Shown here: in pieces, positions 28,501 through 39,254 of the stretch | Layout of the letters: each line of letters begins with the position of its first letter | How positions within the stretch are numbered: the first letter of the stretch is position 1 | Assembly (NCBI GenBank): GCA_040954595.2 | Contig: CM082585.2 | Coordinates: forward strand, 4,303,358-4,367,357 | Length of the DNA stretch: 64,000 nt | Reading direction: 5' to 3' | From: Balanoglossus misakiensis | Lineage: Eukaryota; Animalia; Hemichordata | Program-made: the position numbers and the translations under genes | The notes under the pieces: generated by a model | What the model was told of the DNA's origin: nothing | Databases searched by the model: none | The model's input: only the letters and a program-made list of their open reading frames with translations

Positions 28501-31500
28501 TTTTGATGGATCGGATGAAGACAAATGTGGTAAGTTATGCTCCGGATGCCTGTACATTGCTGCCTATTGCAGGTTGTTTAACATTGATGGCCTAAGTCGT
28601 TGAATAGGTACATATTTACGACTTCACGGTACAGTGTGCAAATAACGATCTTTTCACAAGTGTACAATAAGTTACATTGTAGCAAATTTTAACATGAACT
28701 CCACATATTGCCAGGCCGCTTAGTTTACACGTCACATCTAAACAATAGCAGTCGTTAATTCTTTTTCGGCCGTCGTTTATTTGTGAACTTTATTAAACTT
28801 ATATTGTATTCCATTCACTATAGCTGTTTTTATTACGAATATGACTGTGAAATGTGGACAACGTAATGTACGTATTGCCGAGAAATGTCAGTAAAATATC
28901 TATCTGTAATTTCAAAAACGTGTCGTATATTCTCTAAAACCCGAACACGCTGACAGAAGGCGAGCAGACGACACTGACAATAAAACGCAACTACTTCTAA
29001 AACGTTATGTTTTCTATTTCATTCAAGGAATGAGGGGATTGTGTCCCATCCACACATTCGAGTGTTCCAACGGAAACTGCGTCTCAATGACCTTCTACTG
29101 TGACTTCATTGACCACTGTGGCGACAACAGTGATGAGGAACACTGTGGTATGTATCACATAAACGTGCTTTCTTTAACCATTTACGTATAGCATACTCAT
29201 GATATCAATACATATGTACAACCAAATTTTCATAGAAAGAGTACTTACATCTCAACTTGGCTACGGAGGTTAGGTATGTATCTTTATGTGTGGTAAAATA
29301 CTGTAATGTAGTTAGTAACTTTATTATTAAAACCCCATTGCAGAGTAACATCTTATTTTCTACGAGAAACTCTCCAATGGTCTTTCCAGCCTCAATAGCT
29401 TGTTGCACGACGTTGTTCATGGAACTTTATTGCCAAATGAAAATTAAACCTGTAGCTCATAATTATAAATTTCACTGTATGGTTTATTGTAGTTTACCCG
29501 AATTGTACGACAGACGAATTCATGTGCGATAACGGACAGTGTGTCGGCCAGGCCAAACGTTGTGACCTACTTCCGGATTGTATTGATGGATCTGATGAAA
29601 TGAAATGTGGTAAGGCGTATGCAGTAAAGAACCGTATTTCACTTGCTGTGAATCAATCCTCTATAGTCCAAAGTTTCAACAATTATGAGAACTGTCTCAT
29701 ATATTTCCCTGTCTTATCACATACATAGATCCGCACATTACCATAGTATGACGTCAGACGTAGGTAAATATGCACTAAGCGTTATTGTAATTACTATCCT
29801 TCTGACGTCACCAAACGGAACTATATTAAACTTGTAAACAAAGTACCCTTAGGGCGGCAAAATTCAGTGCAATTGTTGGTTTTATTTCGAAATAAAAACA
29901 TAAGCAAAGATAAATAAAATGTTTCGTATGTGTAAATATGGACGATCAACGATTAGTTTTACATGTGTACATTTTTATCGCACCAACCGGCACCAAAACT
30001 GTCGCGAGGTTGGCAGTGCAATGTCGTCGCGTTGTCGAACGAGCAACAGGTACAAATTTGAGTATTCGCAAAAAAAGTTGATGCGACAATTAGAGCAAAA
30101 CGGTCTAGTCATAAAGCAAAAGGTATAAGAAAAGTTTCCTGCTTCAGTGAAACCTTGACGGACTATGAAATCCAGCTGACGCACGACAGACAGGTCCTCG
30201 CCAAAACCAGAATCGTCCAGGTCGTGACCTGAGTCACCTGACAGATAGACCGCATGACATCGATCTTCAATTTTGCACAAAATAGTTCCAAATTTTATCG
30301 CAACGACAAAGAGTTTTATTTGAAAATCAAAATTAGCGGATCTATGTATGTGATAAACATATAATTCCCCCGTATTCCTCACTCGTGTACCTGCATCGCG
30401 AACTCGTGACTCCCCGCATAGCTGTATCCCGTATAGCTGTATCCCTCCTCGCCTGCAGCTCGGAGGGATACGGCCGCTATACGGGGAATCACTCGTCCGC
30501 GACGCAGGCACACTCGTTCGAAATACGGGGGAATTATATATAAGAACTACATAGTTCGATGAGACCGTATTGTGGTATATTTAGTGATTACCATGGTTAC
30601 AATGTAACAAATTGGCGGTAAGAACATTCCACTTACGCCTCTGACGGTTACAATAAAACACCTTTTGACGTTTTATGCTTGTTTGTATTTTCCATTGTAT
30701 TAACGTTCATGTTTTAGACATGTAAACCATAAAAATGTCCAAACGGACATTTTTCATGGCATTTTCCCCAAAGGTACATATCTTTTTCACCAAATCTTAC
30801 TACGTATAACTTTTGCTTAATAGATTTTAAACAACGCACTGTAGAGCACATTGTTACTAATATGTGGAAAACTTATCATTTGAACAGATGTTTGTAACGG
30901 CTTCCAGTGTTACTCTGGGGATTGTTTACCTAGCAACGCACAATGTGATGGGATGAAAGATTGTGTCGGCAACGAGCGCGAAGATGAAGTCGGGTGTAAC
31001 CCAGAATGCCGTGCTGGTGAATTTGAATGTGATAATGGCCACTGCATAAATCGAACGCTGATGTGCATTTATGACTTCGATGAATACGGTTTACAAATCG
31101 GATGTCGGGATGTCTCTCATCTTGTGCTTTGTGGTAGGTTTCTCAAATTGGTTGTATATCTAAATTTTCTGCGCCCTCTTAAAAGTTAACATATCCTATC
31201 ATAGCATGTTAAATGAAAACAAGCCCATGGCCGTATGAATAACACGACCAAACATTCTACTAACCAATTAGAATTAAAGATTCTGACCACCTGCATGTGC
31301 TTGACTGGGAGATGATATGAACTATCTAAAGGTCAGCAGTGGTTTAATTCCATTGTGTGAAATATATAGCGGATATCAATACTAAACTACACAGGACTTG
31401 ATGGAAATTCATGAAATGTTATATAAACCAGGTATGCCATGATATAACAATTTTTGTAAATGTATGCGTTTGCCTCATTAACATAATAATTTCCCTACAG

Positions 31501-34500
31501 ACCAGTTCAACTGTCCAGGTGGTATGTTCAAATGTCCCGAATCGTATTGCATACCGCTTCATCGACGATGTAATGGAATAGTAGACTGTCCAAACGGACA
31601 CGACGAAGATGATTGTGGTGAGTCCATCACTTCGGTTACAAGGATGCGAGGATAGTGTGCAAAGATTGATAAACGCATCGTTTATGATGGGATATTTCGA
31701 TTGGTTTATACTTCATTTGATGTTTGTACTATCAGCGTAACGCCGCCTTGTCGAGGCTCATCAAAACCAGTCACATTGAGATGTAGGATACATCGATTAG
31801 TCAATTTACAATTCAGATTTAAAATTTCGAAGAGTGCACCCTGTTCCAACGTCAACGCGCCCGTTGACATTGCACCTTCCTCACTCAAGCTCAACCCCCC
31901 CCCCCCCATCAAAAGTCCAGGTATTTTATCTCATTCAAGGTACACCTGTAATTGACGACAATACTCTCGTCCTGGATTTCCCGCCTTTATTTTTTTCCTG
32001 TGGTGCTGTTAATATCTCGTTCTCGTCTATTTTGTCAGATTCGTACACCTGCCCTGGCTACTACCAGTGCCATGGTTCAAGACAATGCTTACCACTGACA
32101 CAGAGATGTGATGGGATTAAACAATGTAAATATGGAGACGATGAGATCGGTTGTGGTAAGTGTAAACAATGTTCTAAACGCCAAACACATCAACCTCCAC
32201 TTGAATACAGTCTGCATAATCATTAACGTATGAAAAGTAAAGTTAAATGTACTCCTTGGAAATAGATTTTTGTGGGAGCAAAAATCGACTATAATCGTTT
32301 GTTAATCGTTCACTTTGCAGACAGCAGTTGCCCGCCTGGTTGTCAATGCCAAGGACATGTTGTCTTCTGTGAAAATAATCTCATAGAAGAGATACCGCCA
32401 TCTCTGGTTGATGTGAGAAAACTGTAAGTACCCGTTCTTATTAACAAAATTGAATGATTTATCTACCGGAACTATATTACAATCATGACTTTCTCAAAAA
32501 GATGTATCTCTTCACGTCGCTTGAACTGTCATAATGAATATATCAATGAAATTATTCTACGGTATTGTGGTTTTTATTACAGGGACTTCACTGGAAACAA
32601 ACTAAATATATCACTTGTGGACTTTGGTAATTTTCAATTTATGGCTGAATTGTAAGTAAAACGTGTGTTCATGTATGTATGTATGTATGTATGTATGTAT
32701 GTATGTGTATGTATGTATGTATGTATGTATGTATGTATGTATGTATGTATGTATGTATGTATGTATGTATGTATGTATGTACTATACCCCTTCTTGCTTG
32801 GTGAAAAGCACTATCAAAATTTTGCATTGCTGCTCAGATAACATTGTTTCACTCAACTTTTCGCAGCGATCTGTCCAACAATTCCGTAGCTGAAATTCCC
32901 ACAAACAAGTTTCGTCATCTTAGCAACCTGCACGTTTTGTAAGTGGTATAACTACTGGTATAAATATCTTCATATTAGATTGATATTTAGCATGATTTCA
33001 GTCACTTGTCTTCGTTTCTACAAAAACATATGTCCTGCTTCATTGTCCTAATATTACTTTTTCTTCACACCTCTAATGTGTCATTTTATGCCACAGAAAT
33101 CTAAATGGAAATAATCTGAGGCAGCTTTATAGACACACTTTTCTCGGATTACAGCGGCTTAAAACACTGTAAGTTGTGTTTATGTATTATGTATAATATG
33201 GGTTGTTATCATTATTATAAAACTTTCTAGTTAGTATTATAATAATTATCATAAATGTCGAAGCTCACAAAATTCTCTAAAACATCTGTTATATTTTCGG
33301 TATTGAATTACCTTAGGTGCTAGATCTGGTACCCTTTGAGTATACACATGTTTACTTGCAGGTATCTGTCAGGAAATGGCATCAGTAAAATATTTGACGG
33401 TGCATTTCAAGGACTCGGAAACCTTCGAGAGTTGTAAGTATGTGTATAGTACCGGTAGTACATCATCGAAAAGTGATTCCAGTCACAATTGTAGTATGCT
33501 GGGTTGGATTCGTATTATTGTGACCAGAAAGAAAGGAAGAAAGTGAGTAATCATGAAATATATATTGTGTGCTGTTTTTCTCCTCTTAGATATTTGACTG
33601 GTAATACCTTTGCTGTCGAAAGTGATGCATTGTTCTTTCCTCTGGATAGTCTGCAGCAAATGTAAGTTTACCTCCACTTTATTCTACAAGGTCAATTTTC
33701 AATGAATGTGTAACATATATTGCAAGGTGCACGTGTTGGTGGACAGTTCTTTGTTTCTAAATTGGTCCTTTATCAAGGGGACATGTTCCAAGATGTGATG
33801 CTCATTAACATCAGATTGGACATGAGCAGAGAATACATCTCTGTCTTGTAGTATGTGTTTGTGTAACTACAATAGCTTTAAATGATTTACAAAAAAAGCT
33901 TCGTGAATTTGACGAAATAGTTTACAGTTTTCATATATGTAGTTTTCTCTGTCCGGAAATAGATTAAGATTTTAAATTAATTGATCATACTGGGAACAAA
34001 CTCATTGATATATGGCTTATGAACGACAAATGGTGAACAGTAACTTGGTTGTCTTTCGTTGGTTGTAATCAGTTCTTCTTGTTCTCTTATCTCAACAGAT
34101 ACACAGATGCGTATATGTACTGTTGTATGGTCAGATCTTATCATCAAGTTGAAGAGTGCACGCCATCCGGGGATGCGTTCTCGTCTTGTGAAGATCTCAT
34201 GGCTAACAATGTTCTGCGGGTTTTCATTTGGATCCTGGGGGCGTTTGCTCTCCTCGGCAACGCATTTGTCATTGTTTGGCGACTGAAACAGAAAGACTTC
34301 AACAATATACCTACTTTCTTGATTTGGAATTTGGCCATTTCCGATTTTCTGATGGGTCTATACTTGATGATCATAGCATCGACGGACATGTACTATCGTG
34401 GGGTCTATGTTAGATTCGATGAAATATGGCGAAGTTCTCGTTTGTGTCATTTCGCCGGTTTCCTAGCGACTCTCTCTAGTGAAGTGTCCGTCTTTGTTTT

Positions 34501-36625
34501 GACCTTGATAACAGTGGAGAGGTTTCTTAAGATCGTCTTTCCGCTGAGGTTTATGTTCTTCAAGTTCAAATATGCAGCTGCGCTGACGGTGTTTGCATGG
34601 GTTGTCTGTTTGGTCGTCAGTTTGCTACCTCTGTTCAGAATCTCGTACTTTGGTGACAGCTACTACGGTCGGTCCCCAGTATGCCTTTCGTTGTATTTAA
34701 CAAATGAGCAAACACCTGGCTGGGAATATTCGGTTATGCTATTGTTCCTGAATTTCATTTCCTTTGTTATTATTTTTGTTTGTTATTTGGTGATGTATAT
34801 CGTCATAGAGCGTACTGGGTCGGCAACCGGTGCCCAGTCACGCAGCAAATCGAAGGAAGCGTCAATTGCCAAACGAATGACACTGATTGTGTTGACCGAT
34901 TTCTGTTGCTGGGTGCCAATTACGGTCATGGGCATGTTAGCGCTCTCAAACACAGTCACAATTCCTGGTGTTGTGTATGCGTGGACAGCTGTGTTCATTC
35001 TGCCCGTCAACTCTGCTGCAAACCCTGTCCTGTACACGATATCGGTTATCAACTCAAACAAGAAGGCAGCAGCACGTCAGAATTTAGAATCCACTAAGCG
35101 AACCGATCCGACAGGTATAACGAAAGCAGCTTATAATTTTGTTTGTCTGTCTGTCTGTCTCTCTCTCTGCCTTTCTGTCTGTCTGTCTATCTGTCTCTGT
35201 GTCATTGTATGCTTATGTGTCTCTCTGTCGTAAATACCGGAGCCTGTGCAGACGGTTAAAAATAGCGTAACACTATTAAGCACTCGGCAATTCCCAACAC
35301 AACCTGGCCATTCTAGTCTTTGACCTCTTCTAAGTAATACAGACATGGTGTTGCTATTCGATCAGTTATGTTTATTGTCATTTTGTTGTAAACCAAAACG
35401 AAGTCGGAGTGGACCAAAACCACAACCAGACCATGCCTCTTGACTTAATTCTAGTCAGAAGGTGTATTTAGAATTTGTGTTGCTGATAATGTCTTGTCAA
35501 TTTTTTTCTTATGCTGTTTATTCTTTCAAATCCATTGCAATCAAATGTTTTTGTTCTGTTTCCTGTCTGTTCAAGAGCATGCTGACTGCATACCCTTCGT
35601 GGCATCAACTGTACTAGTTTTGTCTATAAAATACGTATATTACTTCTTTTATGTTATTGCGTCGTACAAACCGGACTCTACGTTTTGACTGTAGGAATGA
35701 ATGAACACGCGCGTTAGCATGGTTTCATTCTTTTTTACAGTTTTGTTCCTGCATAACCAGATGCCAAACAGTAACATGATTCCATCTCTACCTTTGAAAT
35801 ACGTTCCTCTGTCCGATTACATCAGAGAGAGACCAAAGGGTTTTCGGATTAAAGATGTCTATGTCATTGCTCGTGACGTTGCTTCCGCTATGGAATTTCT
35901 CCATAGTACAAGTACCTTGCACAACAATATCCGAGAAGAATGTGTTCTGGTGACAATAAAAGATGACAATGTAAGTGGGATGAATATCCACGATTTCTAT
36001 TCTTTAGAGAAGAAAACATTAATCAATTATTCAATATTTAAGTGTTGGTTAGTTTCTCCGAGTCTGGCCCGATGATGGTTTATAAATTGGTGGGGTTAGC
36101 TGTTTTTAAATACGTTGGGTTGTCCTGTTTTTTAATCACTAAAGTGGGTTACAACGTTTTGCAAATGTTTAATAGGCTGTCGACAGTGCGCTTTTGTTTT
36201 TGTGAATCAAGTACAGATGTCACATTATCCTAGCTCAAACTTTCACCTAACTGCATCATACAAGCCATGGAGTGCATTATTTGTATAATTAATGGTGTTT
36301 TGTCCGGGCGCGTAAATTAAACTAATACATATTTGGATGAAAAGCACTGAGGTTTAAATTACAAATTACTTTATGCTACATTAAGTCTTCAAAATTGTCT
36401 GCATGAGATTCCTAAACTACGTTTCATCAAAAAGCTGACTAAAATTTGATATTTTTATCTTCCTTCTAGAATACCGTTAACAAAGCTTTCCTGTCGGATG
36501 TCAGCAAATCAAAGATCATAGAGAAGATCGGCGAAAAGTTAGCATACAGCAAAGATATAACGGCTTATGGAAGACTGGTTTCACGACTGGTTAACTGTGC
36601 TAAGGAAACTCAGAAATTGGACTAG
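13580..36625 (+). CDS. GRL101: GRL101-like LDLa-LRR GPCR with a very large EGF/LDLa/F-lectin/C-lectin/CUB ectodomain and kinase-like C-tail; one in-frame TAA at 17612-17614
   Basis: The symbol is a family-level call only. 41 phase-consistent exons total 7347 nt: 13580-13645 (signal peptide); 14218-14338, 14728-14850 (EGF); 14958-15059, 15494-15598, 15936-16055, 16341-16451 (LDLa x4); 16820-17035, 17445-17651 (F-type lectin); 17866-17973, 18552-18680 (EGF); 19089-19380, 19798-19874 (CTL); 20456-20593, 20863-20973 (Cys-rich/EGF-like); 21307-21426, 21885-22042, 22509-22602 (CUB); 23065-23391, 23724-23915 (unnamed domain); 24726-25121, 25335-25766 (CUB x2); 26332-26544, 26651-26720, 27068-27279 (CTL); 27679-28086 (degenerate CTL); 28410-28529, 29028-29147, 29493-29609, 30888-31133, 31501-31617, 32039-32155 (LDLa x7); 32321-32423 (LRRNT); 32583-32651, 32867-32938, 33097-33168, 33362-33433, 33590-33661 (LRR); 34099-35114 (7TM); 35741-35970, 36470-36625 (tail). 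Confidence 0.8.
13729..14192. mobile_element. TTAA-ended non-autonomous DNA transposon (Kolobok-like), copy 1
   Basis: About 170 nt core (GACTCAGCATTTTTCACCAATGGTTTGTCTATGGGCAA...GACCACACGATTTTATTTGACCAATG) matches 40160-40325 in reverse. The end GCGCGTACATCCTTAA matches TTAAGGATATACGCGC at 40125. Superfamily assignment is inferred from the TTAA ends. Confidence 0.6.
16820..17651 (+). other. F-type lectin (fucolectin/FTP) domain exons with a premature stop
   Basis: AVDGN...SCTQT...PWWRVDL...[14 protein letters not shown]...EVRVG...CG...GRYVGV...[10 protein letters not shown] follows the fucolectin pattern. Confidence 0.88.
19500..19700. mobile_element. Degenerate interspersed repeat with a GTCT/GT tract (HINE/DINE-like)
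   Basis: TGTGTGTCTGCCTGTCTGTATGCACG..CTCAAGAACG...GATTT pattern within an intron. Boundaries and family are uncertain. Confidence 0.3.
24068..24173. mobile_element. Short pogo/Tigger-type MITE
   Basis: TA-CAGTGAAACCTGTCATTACGGACACCTAT ... ATAGGTGTCCTTAATAGACAGTTTTCACTG-TA: about 30 bp imperfect TIRs with TA flanks. Confidence 0.8.
24485..24552. repeat. (CCA)n/(CAA)n trinucleotide tract
   Basis: Read directly. An equivalent (TTG)n tract is at 63745-63790, in the same intron of the minus-strand paralog. Confidence 0.85.
29714..30543. mobile_element. 830-bp non-coding insertion with a split inverted repeat and about 180-nt terminal hairpin
   Basis: Absent from the paralogous intron (empty site CCCCTGTC|GAACTAC on - near 58803). 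21-bp inverted repeat 29714-29734 vs 30336-30356. Hairpin 30359-30539. Confidence 0.8.
32671..32781. repeat. (TATG)n microsatellite
   Basis: Read directly, in an intron between LRR exons. Confidence 0.97.
34099..35114 (+). other. Rhodopsin-class 7TM exon of LGR/GRL101 type
   Basis: Hinge FSSCEDLM, then [71 protein letters not shown]. Confidence 0.95.
35741..36625 (+). other. Degenerate protein-kinase-like C-terminal domain (2 exons)
   Basis: LSDYIRE...[35 protein letters not shown] resembles subdomains VIa/VIb. [10 protein letters not shown] resembles [17 protein letters not shown] resembles IX. Confidence 0.7.
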
Positions 36626-38040
36626 AAAGTTTAGTCACGCCTCTGAATGGGTATTTTTGTCAAGTTTTTAGTGTTTGAATTCTTAACTGTAAAGTATACT
36701 AACCTTTAAAATGGCCTTTTAAATGTTTAATATGATAATTATTATAAGCGTAAACGAGTTCCTAATCGAATTTCTGAAACCACTTAATTGTTAATGAAAT
36801 ATGACAAATTATCATAATACAAGGCTATATTTCTTTGGACATAATTTTGACGATAGATTTGTTCCTCGTCGAATATCAGTCATCAGTAGAATTTCTAATA
36901 CTTTACCTATAATACAGGTACCTATAGTATGTATTTTGATATATCTTTTTTGGATAAACTTTTCACGGAGAAAAGGAAGTTCTGATAGTTGGAAAATTGT
37001 GTGACAAATATACTTGTATCTGACTGGAATTTCATCTGGAACCTACTATACGCAAAAAGGAAGCAGGCATACAAAACTATGACCAATCTAAAATGCGTGG
37101 TTCAGTAACATAATGTTATAGTTTTGAGGGTGCCCTTCTAACACATCATGAGTGCGAATGCACATTCCATGTTTTTCGACTACATGTATATAAACGTTTG
37201 TTGGCATTACATCATCACTAATAACGATACGTCAAATTGGTATTGATTTTCTACAAGTTTTCAATTGTTAAATATAATATTTCCTCAATCTCTCTATTTT
37301 CGACTACATGTGTTTAAGTTTACTGGCATCATCTTCATTACATCATCACTTATATGGAATTTAGAGGTATTGATCTTTTAAAAATGTACATTTTTAAGAA
37401 ACATTTTTGGTCATGATCTGAGGAGAAATTAACGCTCCAAGGACTGACATTGGGATAATTTACGACACTGATCAACAACCAATGGGAAACTATAGTGCCA
37501 TTTTGCACTTTAATAATTGAATAATATTGATCATGTTATTTTCTGTCTTTATTTAGCTTTTTGAGAGAACTTTTTAAAAGTCTTTACATTAGGATTTTAT
37601 AGCATTCTTACTAGCGTAAACATATGCGTGTTGTAATCAATAAAATCCATACATAATCACACTCTTTCGTGCATCAACGAGTCTTTACTTTAGTCACTCT
37701 ATACTACGTTGTAACGGGAAGCATGACATGGTGGCACAATATTTTATTATTTTAATTCGTCACATTCGCGCCATTTATTTAGAACTGTATGCATAGTGTT
37801 GCAGCAGTTAATGTACAAGGGCGGGGTAAGTTGCAAGTTTTCATTTGTCAATATTGCGATATTATTTGAGTCAGTTTGGACAGATTCTTCCCCTTCTACA
37901 TGTACATTATACATCAGGGAGAAATCATACCAAATTACCATGTGCAAATTAGTGGAACAGTTCAAATATATTTTGATCATTATGCTGCTGGAATGGGTGA
38001 TACAGATAAATTGAGAACTACTCCCTATAGTACAGTTCGG

Positions 38041-38140
38041 TTCATTCATTCATTCATTCATTCATTCATTCATTCATTCATTCGTTCGTTCGTTCGTTCG
38101 TTCGTTCGTTCGTTCGTTTGCTTGTTTGTTTGTTCGTTTG
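38041..38140. repeat. Compound (ATTC)n(GTTC)n(GTTT)n microsatellite
   Basis: Read directly. Lies between the two convergent arms of the cluster. Confidence 0.95.
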
Positions 38141-39254
38141 TTAGTTACTTAACTATTTATTCATTCATTGCCCTTTCTTCGACAGGCATTTATTCATACA
38201 AATATTTTCATGAAACACGAAAATATGAAAAAGATAACCAAAACTTATGGTGAGTGTTCCTTAAAATAATAATCATGCTACACATGATATCGCATTGCGG
38301 TTCTCAAGATACTGTAATCTCACTTTCAGATTTTTTTTCCTTTTATCCATTAGTTTCAAGGATGGCTTTTGGGTTATTGTTTTTCATCAAATGTCGTCCC
38401 TGAAAAAAACGTATCACAGACCGACCCTGTTTAATCTCACTTTCTACTCGACAACATGTTGGCCTTATCATTTATGCTACTTTGCATTTCAAGACGGAAA
38501 GTGTTCAGAACATGTTTGTCAGGTTAATGAAACTATTATCAAGACTTGAAGCGTGTCATTTATTCTATAGGAAACGAATCCCAAGCATACTGGATTTACA
38601 AGGCTGGCATTGATAACAAAGTCTCAACAAATAACTTTTACACTTATTACCTGAATAATTCAGTCGTTGTCAAATGCAGAAATGTTTTGAATCCCATAGT
38701 TAACACTGAAACAATAAATAGCGTTATCAGTAGAATGAATCCTTTCGTGTTATCCATTGCTTTAAAATCCTTGGAACATATGTGGCATTTAGTTTGTCAG
38801 TAAACATTGTTAATAAATTCAAACATCAGTAAAAGTAAACGTGTCCGAAATTGGATACATGGTATCATTCGAAGGAACATATATATCCAACAGTCAGCAA
38901 AGGTACAGATTCGTCCCAATCTGCACCATTCAAATTTTAGGGAATGCCATACTACAACCAAAGCAATGTATCACTCCTAGTGAGTCATAGCCCAACAGGT
39001 TTTACCATAAAATGTTACAATTTCCCCTGAATCACTGTATAGCAATTTGAACAAACTTGGATGCGAATTCCAACTTTCAAAGTTAGTTATGAGAAGACAA
39101 ACGTCTGCTTAAATGGCAAAAGCTGCCTGAATCTACACCAAATCGTCATAGTACTGGATGTTAATTAAATGCGGTTTCTTGTTGGCAAGTTACGTCACTG
39201 TGTCATTGTAAATGTTATTTTGGCATACATTCAGAGCTTTCATTGACAGTAATC

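Noticed and set aside
29975-30511. 178-aa minus-strand ORF inside the hairpin element
   Set aside because: It starts within the GC-rich hairpin and has no recognisable recombinase, Rep or transposase motif.
34144-35097. Antisense and alternate-frame ORFs conserved across copies (also 8031-8321 and 53782-54859)
   Set aside because: They are shadows of the highly similar 7TM exon, with no independent coding signal.
35115-35233. Hydrophobic ORF extension after TM7 suggesting an eighth TM (also 53541-53791)
   Set aside because: It is read-through into GTCT/CTTT intron repeats. A conserved donor at 35114 (8344, 53792) splices in frame to the tail exon.
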